Origin: Sarea resinae | Lineage: Eukaryota | NCBI GenBank assembly: GCA_026026165.1 | Contig: JAPEUD010000083.1 | Coordinates: 1 to 64,000, forward strand | Length of the DNA: 64,000 nt | Direction of reading: 5' to 3' | In this document: positions 1-12,120 of the stretch, piece by piece | Layout of the letters: the number at the start of each line of letters is the position of its first letter | Numbering within the stretch: position 1 is the stretch's first letter | The notes under the pieces: generated by a model | Told to the model about the DNA's origin: nothing | Databases searched by the model: none | What the model saw: the letters and a program-made list of their open reading frames with translations, nothing else | Made by a program: the position numbers and the translations under genes

Positions 1-106
1 CCCTTCCCCTTTTCTTTCTCATTCTCTTCTTCGACCGATCATCAATCAAGCTCTCGCCGTCCTTTTTACCCCCCTCCCCCCCCTTTTTTTCTTCCTTTCT
101 CCTTCT

Positions 107-181
107 CACACACACACACACTCTCTCTCTCTCTCTCTCTTGCCTAGCACATCTAGCACATCTAGCACATCTAGCACATCT
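107..181. repeat. Compound microsatellite (CA)n(CT)n followed by 9-bp tandem repeat (CTAGCACAT)x4
   Basis: Read directly: CA run about 107-120, CT run 121-140, CTAGCACAT four times from 144. Part of an SSR-rich block covering 1-776. Confidence 0.9.
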
Positions 182-776
182 CGGCCTATCCAGCTCTGTC
201 AAGGATCGGATTCCGTGCGTGGATGACACGGTTTATTTACTTGCTTAATTACTTATTTACTTACTTACTTAGCCGGCCGGACTGTTCTCCGATTTTTCGT
301 TGTTTGGGGGTTTTTGTTTTTTTTTTGTTTTTTTTTTGGACATTTTTAGGGGGTTTTGAGGGGTTCTGAGGGTTTTGAATATTGTAGGGAGGGAGGCAGG
401 TAGGGAGAGAGGGAGAAAGGGAGAGATGGAGAACGGGAGAGGTGGAGAGAGAGATAGAAAGAAAAGAAACCTATCACGTTCAGAAAGTGCTTGCTTTGCT
501 TTGCTTTGCTTATATCGCTAAGTGTTTGATATCATATATATTGCTAGTCCTGTAAAAAAAACGGAGATCACAACAAGAGATCATGATCATGATCGTCGGC
601 TGACAAACCAAAAAAAAAAACCCGAAAAGAGAAAAAAGCCCTAACAAAAGAAAGAAAGAAAGAAAGAAGAAAAGGGTATGGATGACAAGGAAATCGAGAT
701 CGGTTCCCTGCTAGGTACGCCCGCGTCCCCCTTTTTCTGCGCAATTACTTAACTGCATGTTTACTTACTTACATAC

Positions 777-1454
777 CTACTCACCTACCCACTGACCCAC
801 TACATCCTCCGCCTCCGCCTCCGTCTCGGTGTCGGCGTCGTTCTCATTTGCCGCGGCAAAGAGATCGGGCGCCTGAAACGCGTCTTCACTGAGGTCGCCC
901 TCGTCGTCGCCGGCTGCGAGAAGCTCCAGCGGCGAGATCGGAGCGCGCGATTGGTGTCGCGGGCGCAGGGCCGAGGGCCAGAGATAGGAGAGTCTAGAGG
1001 GGCGTGGAGGCGGGCTTGGAGAATGCGAGGGGCACCGTGGTGGTGAAGTGGGGTAGGTGATGGGTTCGAAACCACTATCATAATCGTCGTTGTCGTCATT
1101 GTCGTCGTGGCTTGGAGGGAGGGTTGGCTTGGTGTCTGCTGCCTGTTTGGTGTCAGTGTCAGTGTCAGAGTCGGCAGCAGTGTCATCTTCGCTGTAAGGC
1201 GACTGGGAACGCTCCTCCTCGCCGCTTGGATGACAAAAAATAGACGACGTAAAGGTCGAGAGAGCGGAGCTTGTAATCCCCTCGGCTTGGGCGCAGAGGG
1301 TGCAGTGCACGTATGCTGGCGACGGGGGAGGGGGGAAGACGTCGTCGGGATGGATGAAGAGGAAGAGAGGGGCGGTGGCTGGCGGCGTGGGACTGGGGGT
1401 TGGCGCTGGGGACGGTTGAGAGCTGCGGCGCAAGACGCGTGAGAAAGCCGTCAT
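777..1454 (-). CDS. Hypothetical intronless protein, 225 aa, Pro/Ser/acidic-rich and probably disordered
   Basis: ATG in good context (CAAAAATG), TATATA about 240 bp upstream (near 1690), protein-like composition with one CxxC (HCTLC). No family recognised. Confidence 0.5.
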   Translation of the reverse strand: MTAFSRVLRRSSQPSPAPTPSPTPPATAPLFLFIHPDDVFPPPPSPAYVHCTLCAQAEGITSSALSTFTSSIFCHPSGEEERSQSPYSEDDTAADSDTDTDTKQAADTKPTLPPSHDDNDDNDDYDSGFEPITYPTSPPRCPSHSPSPPPRPSRLSYLWPSALRPRHQSRAPISPLELLAAGDDEGDLSEDAFQAPDLFAAANENDADTETEAEAEDVVGQWVGE

Positions 1455-1955
1455 TTTTGCTTTGGCTTTTGCTACTGCTGCCTGGTCAGTTGGGGTCCAG
1501 TTAGTTTTACTAATTGAACGGGGGAGAAAGCAGCGTCAAGTCCACTGAAAACAGAGATCGAAGCCAGGCGGTTTCTGCTGTGTGGTTGATGAGTGATAAC
1601 AACGACGCAAGAGCAACAGAAGGAAAACCGATGCCAGTCGGTCTCTGCTGTGGAGAGAAAGGGACAAAAGGCGAGGGCCGAGGGTGGCTATATAGTCGAC
1701 TGGGTGGGTGTTCATGGCTTGAAGGGCCGCACTGTTCACTATTTTGAATTCATACAGAACAGGTCGTTCATCTCTTTCTTCTTTGTTGCCGTACAGTAGT
1801 AGGTCGACCATGCTCTGGTGAGCAGGTGGACAAAGACACAATGCCACAGGAAACCCCATGAGTAGCAATTGTCAGTCAATCGGGATCAAGAGAGGAGGCC
1901 GAATCAAAGAAGACCGAACAAACATCGGACACCAGTTGACTACTATGAAATGATC

Positions 1956-2007
1956 ATCGACGGTCAATCGACGGTCAATCGACGGTCAGTCGACGGTCAA
2001 TCGACGG
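1956..2007. repeat. 11-bp tandem repeat (ATCGACGGTCA) x about 4.7
   Basis: Read directly; one copy has an A>G variant. Lies in the divergent intergenic region. Confidence 0.85.
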
Positions 2008-3597
2008 CTGCAACAAAGCCGTTGGAACAGCCATCTGCGCAGGTTGGATGGGGAGTGGGGAGCCGGAGAGCCATCACTCGGTGTGAGAGGGCCGAAGTCA
2101 ACCATTACAGAATACCTTGCATGTAATAGTACTCCGTACACTTCTACGGAGGATTGATGATTGTCTGAAGCCGTCAGTCGGGGCACCATCCACGGATGTC
2201 ATCGCTCATCGCTTCTAGCCGAGGAACGGGATGAGCGCGCACGGTGATTGATGTTGGCCGCGACATCATCAGACGTCGAATGGATGGATGGACGTGATGG
2301 ACGTGGGGCTCCCTCCTCTGGGGGCTTCCATCATGGATGAAGTACGAGCGTCGGATCCATGTGATCATCGCCAGCAAGACATTGGCCGCGCGAGCCATTG
2401 ACCAAGGCGAAGCTCCCGCGAGGTGGGACCGCCAGAGTGCAGGTGGATCTTGGTCTTTCGTGACTTGTCGCTTGCGGGGTAGCACCAAGTACTACTGTAC
2501 ACGAGGTCTGCAGTACTCCGAGAAGCACTCTTTACGGGACCGAGGACATAGTACGAAGTACGTCCTCTGCAGTTTCATCGGAGCAACTGTCCGAATGCTC
2601 TTAGTCAGTCAGACAACTACGAGTAGTACTGGAGTCGATCGAGGCGCCTACCTTACCTACGGTAGTCGGCCAGGGCCGCGCCCAGCAACGAGAAAAGAAT
2701 ACTAGGTAGGTAGTCCATCGACGATACGTAATATGAGGTCGAGCAAGAGAGAGAGAAGAAAAAGAAGGAGGAACGGAATTGTTGATGATCGAGCCAAGAT
2801 GGCGTTGCCAGTCTCCCCATGATGGTCATGCTCGCCCGTCCTGATGACCGGCCATCGAGAGAGCGAGAGAGTGAGGAGATGCGTGCATGCGGCCCGGTAT
2901 CGTGATCGTCAATCCACCACATCCACGGACGATGCCCGTGACCACCTCTGCGCCTTTGTGCCTCGTCCAGCCAGATCCCTCGTTCTTTGCTCTCTCCATC
3001 TTGACTTTCGACTCCTCTCCTCCCCTTCTCCCTCTTCGTCCTAGCCGCAGTGGATCGAGGAGCCTGGTCGGCTGACGGGTTTGACTACTATTACTGCGCA
3101 GTCGTGGATGAACGGAAAAGCGAGCTCGACCCAATGCACGCTTGTCTCGTCCAGTCGTAGTTACCCGCTGCAGAACAGCGTCATCTTGTAGTCCAACGTC
3201 CACGGTCGGTCGGCCGTCCCTTGAGCTCGCAGAAGGGACTTCTACCATAGTATTCATTCACGATGCTCTTCGCCAAGGGATCGTGGATGTCCAGATCGGA
3301 GACGACGCGATACTTGCGCCTGCACCACCCCAATAGTGCACGCTTAGGTACCCCCTATCGTGGCCGCTCTCTCCGTGCTCCGACCAGGTAGTTGTAGTAG
3401 CTTGATGAATGGCGCGCTTGCTCCCAACCACCATCTTTCACGCCTTTCACCTTTCACCTTTCTCGGCCGCACCATTAAGGTCAATCTCCACCTCGACCGT
3501 CTCCTCTTCTCTTCTTTCTCCTTCCTCGTGAACCTCCTCGAGCTTCTGCATCGACGTGAAAGTGCATCTGGCAGAGGTCAATTGTGCATTGTTGCAG

Positions 3598-3783
3598 GTG
3601 AGTCCACTTCAAGTCGATTCTGTTCGGCGTCCCCACAACGTGCCAGTGTGGGGAAGCTTCGCTAGCTCTCCGTTGTCTCCGTTGCCTCTCTTCTCGCAAT
3701 TGCCTCGTGCGACGTGAGAGGGGCTCGACGCAACTCGACGACAGCAAACGGAATGAAGCAAAGCTGATTCGATCGTTGGCCAG
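3598..3783 (+). other. Putative 5'UTR intron of glycogen synthase
   Basis: CAG|GTGAGT donor at 3598, GCTGAT branch-like site near 3763, CAG acceptor at 3781-3783, 121 nt before the ATG. Confidence 0.55.
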
Positions 3784-3904
3784 TTTTGCTGTCTCGGAAG
3801 GTCTCCTGCAGTCGCAAGGCTCACCGTTTCTCGATATCGAGCAATTCCCCTCCTCGTCCGGCTCGGTACCGTCGGTAGCCACTGCGCGAAACCTCTCTCT
3901 CACC

Positions 3905-6303
3905 ATGTCGTCCTCACCTCCCAAACGGGACGTCAAGAATCATGTCCTGTTCGAGATGTCAACCGAGGTTGCCAATCGGGGTGAGATCTGCCATTTCCCT
4001 GTGGCAACACAACATGGCTGAATGATTCCGTTGTATAGTCGGTGGCATCTATTCGGTGCTCAAATCCAAGGCGCCCGTCACGACCGCCGAATACGGAGAT
4101 CGGTATACCCTCGTTGGCCCGCTCAATCGTGCCTCGGTGAGTCGCTTCGGGCTGCGGTGGATGTGTCCGGCTGAAACTGACTGATATCCTGCAGGCTGCC
4201 GTCGAGGTCGAAGCTCTCACGCCGTCGAACCATGCGCTAGCAGAGACCATGGCTGCCATGGAGGCACGCGGAATCACGATGGTGTATGGACGGTGGCTGA
4301 TTGAGGGTGCTCCGAGAGTTCTCTTGATCGACACGAAGACGGGCTACCGATTTCTCGACGAGTGGAAGGGTGACCTCTGGAACACTGCCGGAATCCCCGT
4401 CCCTCCAGGTGATGAGGAGACAAATGAAGCCGTGGTATTCGGATACCTGGTAGCCTGGTTTCTGGGAGAGGTAAATGGGTGCCCCACTCCGCAGAGGAAG
4501 GTGTTGCTAACAAGCGGCTAGTATGTGGCGCACGAGAAGAATCGAGCTGTAGTCGCTCATTTCCACGAGTGGCTCGCTGGCGTGGCTCTTCCCCTCACCA
4601 AGAGGAGACGGATGGACCTCACCACGATCTTCACCACCCATGCCACCTTGCTGGGACGATACCTGTGCGCCGGGTCGGTGGACTTCTACAACAATCTCCA
4701 ATACTTTGATGTGGACGCAGAAGCTGGCAAGCGCGGCATCTATCACCGGTACTGCATCGAACGTGCCGCTGCGCATGCGACTGATGTCTTCACGACCGTA
4801 TCCCATATCACCGCATACGAGAGCGAACATCTGCTGAAGCGGAAGCCTGACGGTGTCCTGCCGAATGGCTTGAACGTGAAGAAATTCTCAGCCATGCACG
4901 AGTTCCAGAACCTTCACCAGCACAACAAGGAGAAGATCAATGACTTTGTGCGAGGACACTTCTACGGTCACAACGACTTTGATCCAGATAACACTCTCTA
5001 CCTCTTCACGGCCGGTCGCTATGAGTACCGGAATAAAGGCGTGGACATGTTCATCGAATCGTTGGCCCGTCTCAACCACCGACTGAAGTCTTCGGGGTCG
5101 AAGATGACCGTGGTTGCCTTTATCATCATGCCCGCCCAGACGCATTCTCTAACCGTCGAGGCGCTGAAAGGACAGGCTGTCATCAAGTCCCTTCGAGATA
5201 CCGTGACCGCCATCGAACACAGTGTCGGCAAGCGGTTATTCGATCGCTCCCTTGCTTGGCATGATGGTGACAATCTGCCCGATGAGAAGGATCTCATCTC
5301 AAGCGCAGACCGCGTCATGCTCCGTCGACGTCTTTTTGCCATGAAGCGCAACACTCTGCCGCCGATTGTCACCCACAATATGGCCAATGACTCCGAGGAT
5401 CCGATCCTGAACCAGATCCGTCGTGTGCAGCTCTTCAACCACCCATCGGACCGTGTCAAGGTTGTCTTCCATCCGGAATTCCTGAGCTCCGCCAACCCGG
5501 TTCTTCCCATGGATTATGATGACTTCGTTCGCGGCACCCATCTGGGGGTCTTTTCGTCCTACTACGAGCCATGGGGCTACACACCGGCCGAGTGTACGGT
5601 CATGGGCGTTCCAAGTATCACCACCAACCTGTCTGGTTTCGGCTGCTACATGGAGGAGCTGATCGAGAACGCTGCTGACTACGGCATCTACATTGTGGAT
5701 CGACGTACCAAGGGTGTGGATGACTCGGTGAACCAACTGACCAACTTCATGTTCGAATTCACGGAGAAGAGCCGACGACAGCGGATCAACCAGCGGAATC
5801 GGACGGAGCGATTGAGTGATCTGCTCGACTGGAAAAGAATGGGTATGGAGTATGTCAAGGCTCGGCAACTGGCACTCCGACGAGGTATGCCGTCCCAATT
5901 CTATGTATGAAGACGGATGAGACTGACCAGCAATAGCCTATCCCCAATCTTTCGAAGGCGTCTACGAAATACCATTCTTCGACGGCACGGAAACAAAGGT
6001 GTCTCGACCCCTTTCTGCGCCTGGCTCGCCACGAGACCGCTCCGGCATGATGACTCCTGGAGACTTTGCCTCGCTGCAGGAAGGCCGAGAAGGGTTGAGT
6101 ACGGAAGATTACGTTGCGTGGAAGTTGCCGTAAGTCTTCGTTTACCCATGGATCCTACGAGAGAAGAGATGACTAACTCTGCTATTACTAGTGAGGAGGA
6201 GGAGCCTGATGACTATCCCTTCCCGCTGACGCTGAAGAAGCCAAGCCGGCCCACGTCGCCTATTGCTAGCCCGATGACGACTACCATCAATGGTACATCG
6301 TAA
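3905..6303 (+). CDS. GSY1: Glycogen [starch] synthase (GT3 family), 6 exons
   Basis: Spliced product has [78 protein letters not shown] and the C-terminal [10 protein letters not shown] phospho-region. All five introns are GT-AG. Confidence 0.97.
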
Positions 6304-6935
6304 CGGTGATGTGAGAGGGAGTGGTCAGCGGCAGTGGTGATGTAGGCTCTTGTGATGGGTGAATAGAAAGGGACGAAGAAGGAGATTTGTGGTTCTTGTC
6401 TCTGAGGACGGGCATGGGTAGATAACGGGATGGCATTGAAGGCGATGTGCATGAGGATGAGGAATGGTACTTTGTAAGATATTCGGTCGTCAGTTTCGCA
6501 CATTTCTCCGACATGCACACCAAGCTTTTCCTTTGTGCTGGTTGGATCTTGTCTCGACATATGTATCGTAGTAGCTCTTTCACTGCATGACATTGATACA
6601 TACAATTCTCTTTTTTATTCACATAGGAACCGGATCAGAACAAATGACTTCTTTTTGCGTTGGCTATTGATCTCTCTGATGATGGTATCTATCTCTTTCT
6701 ATTTGCAAGGAACTTGTCGTCTGCTCTTCGAACCTCTCATCTGGTTTCGTCTTGTTTTTGCGTTGGTATGCACGCTATTACCGGTCTTTGATACTGACCG
6801 GCTAGACTTGCGCTCTGCTCCTCTCCTCGCCGCCGCCGCCCCTCACCTCCGCTCTAGCCCTTCCAGATGGAGGAGGTCGTCTTGGGCTAAGGCGCTCCCA
6901 TCTGCTTTTCGGAGTAGATTGAAAGGCCGATGTCT

Positions 6936-8116
6936 CTACTTCGATCGCTTATAGATCTTCTTCAAGAACTCCTCAAAGACCTCCTTCTTCAGCCCCTCGG
7001 TCTCGTCGACGGCGGCGATCTTCTCGCGCAGCTCCTTGACCGTGGCCTCCTCGTAGGCGAGATAGGCGTCCTGCAATTTCAGGTCCGCGAAGACTTGCTT
7101 GACGGCCGCTTCCTTGGCGCCGTCTTTCTGGCCGTAGTTCTTCTCGAGCACGTCGCGCTGGGCGGGGCTGGCGCGGGCCAGGGCCTGGTTGATCAGCCAG
7201 CTGCACTTGTTGTCCTGGATGTCGGTGCCGATCTTGCCGATGACCTCGGGGGCGCCAAAGGCGTCGAGGTAGTCGTCCTGGATCTGAAAGTACTGGCCCA
7301 GCGGGATCAGGATGGCGTGGGCCTGGGCGAGGTTCTTGGGGCTCGCCAGGCCCAGGTAGTGCAGCGCCAGCACGACGGGCAGGTAGAAGCTGTAGTAGGC
7401 CGTCTTGTACGTGACGATGAAGGTGTACTTGTCCGGGCTGAAGTTGGCCAGGTCGACGTGGTCCTCGGGCGCCGTGAGCAGGTCGCACGTCTGGCCCAGC
7501 TCCGTCTGGAACGAGACCGTGTGGAAGAGCTCGAGCAGGTCGACGTAGGCCGCGTGCGGGCGGAAGTGCGCTTTCAGCAGGATGTAGATGGACGACTCGA
7601 GCATGAAGGCGTCGTTGATGGCGATCATGCCGACCGAGGGCATCAGGTACCAGCACGGCGACCCGCGCCGCGTCTTGCTGCTGTCCATGATGTCGTCCGA
7701 TACCAGGAAGAAGGCCTGCAGCAGCTCCGTGCACCAGCCGAGCGTGGCCGCGTGGAAGTATTCCGTCTCCGTCAGGGGCCGTCCGAGCAGGAGCGACGTC
7801 GTGTCGACCACGGCCATGCCGCGGTTGCATTTGCCGCCGACCGTGTTGTGGTTCAGGGACTGTATGTGTGTTAGTCAGTTGGTTGGTTTCGCTGGTCAGT
7901 CAGGGAACAATTTTGGAGGGGGGGGGATTTGCGCGGGTGCATCTGAATGAATGATTGATTGATCGGGGATTGGAACGCGCAGAGAATTGCTCTAGTACGT
8001 ACGGCTTCAAACCATTTCAGCGCGTTTGTTGGGAGGCCATATTGGCCGGCGCTGGCGGTCAACTCCTCGACGAGCTTCGGGAACACGCTCTCGAATTCCT
8101 TGAGCGTCGTTGGCAT
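6936..8116 (-). CDS. ERG20: Farnesyl diphosphate synthase, 2 exons (intron 7860-8002)
   Basis: GGKCNRG, first Asp-rich motif [10 protein letters not shown] with two upstream aromatic residues (C15 type), second motif [24 protein letters not shown]-terminus KIYKRSK. Confidence 0.97.
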
Positions 8117-8766
8117 TGTGATGGGTGGTGGTGGAGTCAATTGATTAGACTCCGTGGGGGTTTGTTTCAATGGGCCCGTGTGAGGATGCTGCTGCTGCTA
8201 CGGTGAAGGTGAGACGGTTCTGCTATCTTGTTGGGAGGGAACAACAGAGGCGGGGAGATGAAGCCGAAGTTCTTTTCGGCGGGCAGGGCGGGCAGGGCAG
8301 GGGCGGAGTGGGGTGGAGTGGAGTGGAGGGGCAGAGAGGGAAGAGGAACAAGGGACCAGGGAAGTCACTCAAGGCGGTGAGTGGGCGACTGACTGAAGCT
8401 GGCAGCTGTCGGCTTTCTCCGCGACCGGTTTCGATGGATCGATCTACCACGCATGAGCGATCATAACAAGAAGTTGTGAATGTATTGATATATCGACTCT
8501 CAATCCGAGAGGAATAGCCATCAAAAGGACGCCGTTGTTGCTTGGATTCCGATTCACCATATCGCACGGCTGTTCAGGCGTTGGCGTGGAGATCAACACC
8601 AGGTCAATCAATCAATATACACACGACGCGTCTACCTTCGTCGCTTTCGTCGCATACACAACACTAAATTCAAGCTCGACCATTCTTTGCCCTGACGAAG
8701 GAAACCCACAGATGGCTCGATGAGATAAACCGAGGCACTGGGTCTACATCAATCTACCACGGCAAG

Positions 8767-11206
8767 ATGGTGAGCCTGACTGCGGAGAACATCGAGCAGT
8801 TGCGGGAAACGTTGCAAGACGCCGTGGTCAAGTGCTCCGAGCGTTGTCTCTACCAGTCCGCAAAATGGTATGTGCCTGCATGGAAACATGCTACCTGCAT
8901 GCGATGCTAAAGGGGTGCTACAGGATCGCCGAGCTCCTCAACTCTCTTCCCTCATCCGACCCCGAATCTCTCTCGGACACCGATGACGACGACTCGCAGA
9001 TGCTCAACGCGGAGCCCACTGCGCCCCCTCCTCCAATCGTCTTGACCTCAAACCTTGACCCTCAAGAGGCACGTCTCGAGGCGCAGGAGGCGCACAAATA
9101 CCTCCTCGCGAAATCGTACTTCGACTGCCGCGAATATGACCGTTGCTCTGCCGTCTTCCTACCGTCTACTCTGCCGCAAGGGCCCATCTCAGACTCGCCG
9201 CCTCCCATGTCGAAGCTTCGCAGCCCGCCATCCACGAAGAAGGGCAAGTCCAAAGCTACAAACTTCGACCCTCAGGCACCCATGGCACCGCCAAATTCCT
9301 TCCCCCGTCTATCGCAAAAAGCCCTGTTCCTCGCCTTGTACGCGAAATACTTGTCGGGCGAGAAGCGAAAAGACGAGGATAGCGAGATGATCCTGGGACC
9401 GGCCGACGGAAGTTCAAGCATGAACAAGGAATTAGTCAATCTCAGCAGAGGGCTTGAGGGGTGGTTTGCCGAGAGAATGGGATCAGGTCGAGGGGGCTTG
9501 GAAGAATCTGGGCAGGGGTGGCTAGAGTATCTGTATGGGATTGTGTTGGCCAAGGGCAAGAACGAGGAAGAGGCCAAGAAATGGCTGGTCAGAAGCGTGC
9601 ATCTCTACCCGTATAATTGGGGGGCATGGTTGGAGTTGAGCGAGCTCCTGGGGAGCGCAGAAGAGGTCCGTCGGACAGCTGTTTACGTCGGCTCGGACAT
9701 GACAAGTTGCTGACATGGCTGCAGCTAAATCGGATCGTCCCTGATCTACCCACGAACATCATGACCCTCATCTTTCACTTATATACCAGCCAAGAGCTCT
9801 ACCAGTCAAACGATTCAATCCACAGTCAGCTATCCCAACTCGAAGCCATGTTTCCCGAAAGTCAGTTCCTTAAAACCCAACGCGCACTCCTTTTCTATCA
9901 CTCGAAACGTAGGTATCGCCGCCCCAATATTATGGTTCTTTTCTCCGACTGATACCCTCCAGACTTCGAAGAAGCCGAAGCCATCTTCTCCAGTCTCATC
10001 CAGCAAGATCCTCATCGTATCGACTCGCTCGACCACTACTCCAATATCTTATATGTCATGTCCCTGCGCCCTAAACTCGCCTTCCTCGCCCAACTCGCCA
10101 CGGCCACCGACAAATTTCGCCCAGAAACGTGCTGCGTGGTAGGGAATTACTATTCGTTGAAATCCGAGCACGAAAAAGCCGTTATGTACTTCCGCCGTGC
10201 GCTCACGCTCGACCGGTCTTTTCTGTCCGCCTGGACCCTCATGGGCCACGAGTATGTCGAGATGAAAAATACTCACGCGGCCATCGAATCATACCGTCGG
10301 GCCGTCGACGTCAACCGCAAGGACTACCGCGCCTGGTACGGTCTCGGCCAGACGTACGAGGTCCTCGAGATGCACTTCTACGCGCTTTTCTACTACCAAC
10401 GCGCCGCGGGCCTGCGACCCTACGATCCTAAAATGTGGCAGGCGGTCGCGAGCTGCTTCAACAAGATGGGCCGGCCGATCCAGAGCATCAAAGCGCACAA
10501 GCGCGCGCTGGTGGCCGGGACCTATTACGAGGCGGGCTCGACGTCATTCGGCTCGTCGACGGCGGCCGGACCACAGGCCCTCAATCCCGTCGCCGCCGTC
10601 CTCGATCCCGAGACGCTGTATCAGATCGCGCTCATGTACGAGAAGATCGGCGATCTGGAGCAGGCGGCCTCGTACATGGAACTCACGCTCGCGCAGGAGG
10701 ACGGGCCCCTCTTGCCGGCTCCTTCTTCACCTGTGCTTGCTTCCTCGCCTGCTGCCACTGCTGCTGCCACTGCGGCGCGCGCTCCCTCCTCATCGTTGCC
10801 TCCTCCGTCGTCGGCGTCCGGGCGCGAGAGCTCCTACGATCACCCCGCTGCTGCTGCCGCGTCCGCTTCCGCTTCCGCGGGCGTGGGCGCTCCACCACAC
10901 GGGTTCATACCGGGCGTGCAGCAGGGCACCGGCGGCGTCGGCGTGACGGCCACGACGAGTAAAGCGCGCATGTGGCTCGCGCGATGGGAAACCAGTCGCG
11001 GTGGGTATTACAGCGGCGGCGGCGGTGCATCTGGCACCGATAACGAGCTCAATGGTACCACTTCTGGGGCTGCCAAAGAGGCCATGCGCCATTGGTACCG
11101 CGCCATGGAGCTCGCGAATGAGCTCTGTCAGGATGGCGTCGAGGTCGAGGAGGCCAAGGCGCTGGTTCGGGAGCTGCGGGCTAGGATCGAGGGGGCTGGG
11201 GGATGA
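8767..11206 (+). CDS. CDC23: Anaphase-promoting complex subunit 8 / Cdc23 (TPR protein), 4 exons
   Basis: [86 protein letters not shown]. Confidence 0.95.
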
Positions 11207-11873
11207 GGGGCATATCTCTATATATGATTTGTGGCACATCTACTATAATACTCTACCAAGAGAGGGAGCGTTGGAGGGAGAGAATAGGGGAGAAACAGGC
11301 AAGGCAAGGCGAGGATGGTGTTTTGTGTTTGCGTTTGCGTTTGTGTTTGTATCCATGTTGGGTTTTCGTTTCTATCCTCGCGTCTCTGTAGAACCGAGCT
11401 TCTGCATTCCATTCCTGTCAGCCTTCTATCCCTTCTTTTTGTCTGTCTGTCTGTTCCTTTCTTTCCCTTCTGTTCTGTCCAGATCCCTTCTATTGTCCCT
11501 CTCTCTGCGTTCAGGCATGTATGTCTGGTACGTATGGTATGTGCACGTGTACGTGTATGTGTGGTGGTGAATGTGGTTGTGATGGTGATGGTGATTTTGT
11601 GTGTAAAGTACTATTTGTTGTTCTACACTAAACCAAATCAAATCAAATCGAATCGCACTGGAATTTTCAATTGAAGCAAAGAGAGGCCTTGGATTGACTC
11701 TACTTAGAACTAGGCTGGGCTGGATTAACTGATGGCTTTTCTTGATTGATTGATTGATTGAAATGCCTTTATTCTATCATATCACTCGGTTCTGCTTTTC
11801 TTTCTGTTTTTTGTCTTCTGGGTTTCATTGTTGGTCTTTACTGAGACGAGAGGATGAGAAGAATAGATATCAC

Positions 11874-11877
<4 letters not shown>

Positions 11878-11954
<77 letters not shown>
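11878..11954. repeat. Perfect (CT)n microsatellite, about 38 units
   Basis: Read directly, between the convergent CDC23 and ligase 3' ends. Confidence 0.95.
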
Positions 11955-11956
<2 letters not shown>

Positions 11957-12120
11957 CCTCTCCCCCTATCTCCCCCCCTCTCTCGCTCTAGCTTGAACTT
12001 CTCTGTAAGATAGACAAGAGTCAACTCGGCTCTCTTTTCTGGTAGGTCCTAGAACTGGTATCTAATGAATGATTGACCTCCTTATCATTCTACGTCTCCT
12101 TCTCCTTTTCCTTCCCATTC

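Noticed and set aside
144..2007. Short direct repeats resembling a CRISPR array
   Set aside because: Head-to-tail 9-11 bp units with no spacers, in a eukaryotic context with no cas genes.
6780..6938. Stop-codon readthrough to a cryptic peroxisomal signal in ERG20, cysB or FOL2
   Set aside because: None has the TGA-CTA readthrough context, and the extensions do not end in a PTS1-like tripeptide.
6936..7860. High GC3 of ERG20 and cysB suggesting horizontal transfer or a terpene cluster
   Set aside because: Both are typical fungal sequences with spliceosomal introns, and there is no terpene cyclase, P450 or cluster regulator nearby.
6930..7950. Long antisense and alternate-frame ORFs over ERG20 (314 aa, 285 aa), and likewise over cysB, CDC23 and NRP1
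   Set aside because: Expected shadow ORFs from very GC-rich third codon positions; no independent protein motifs.
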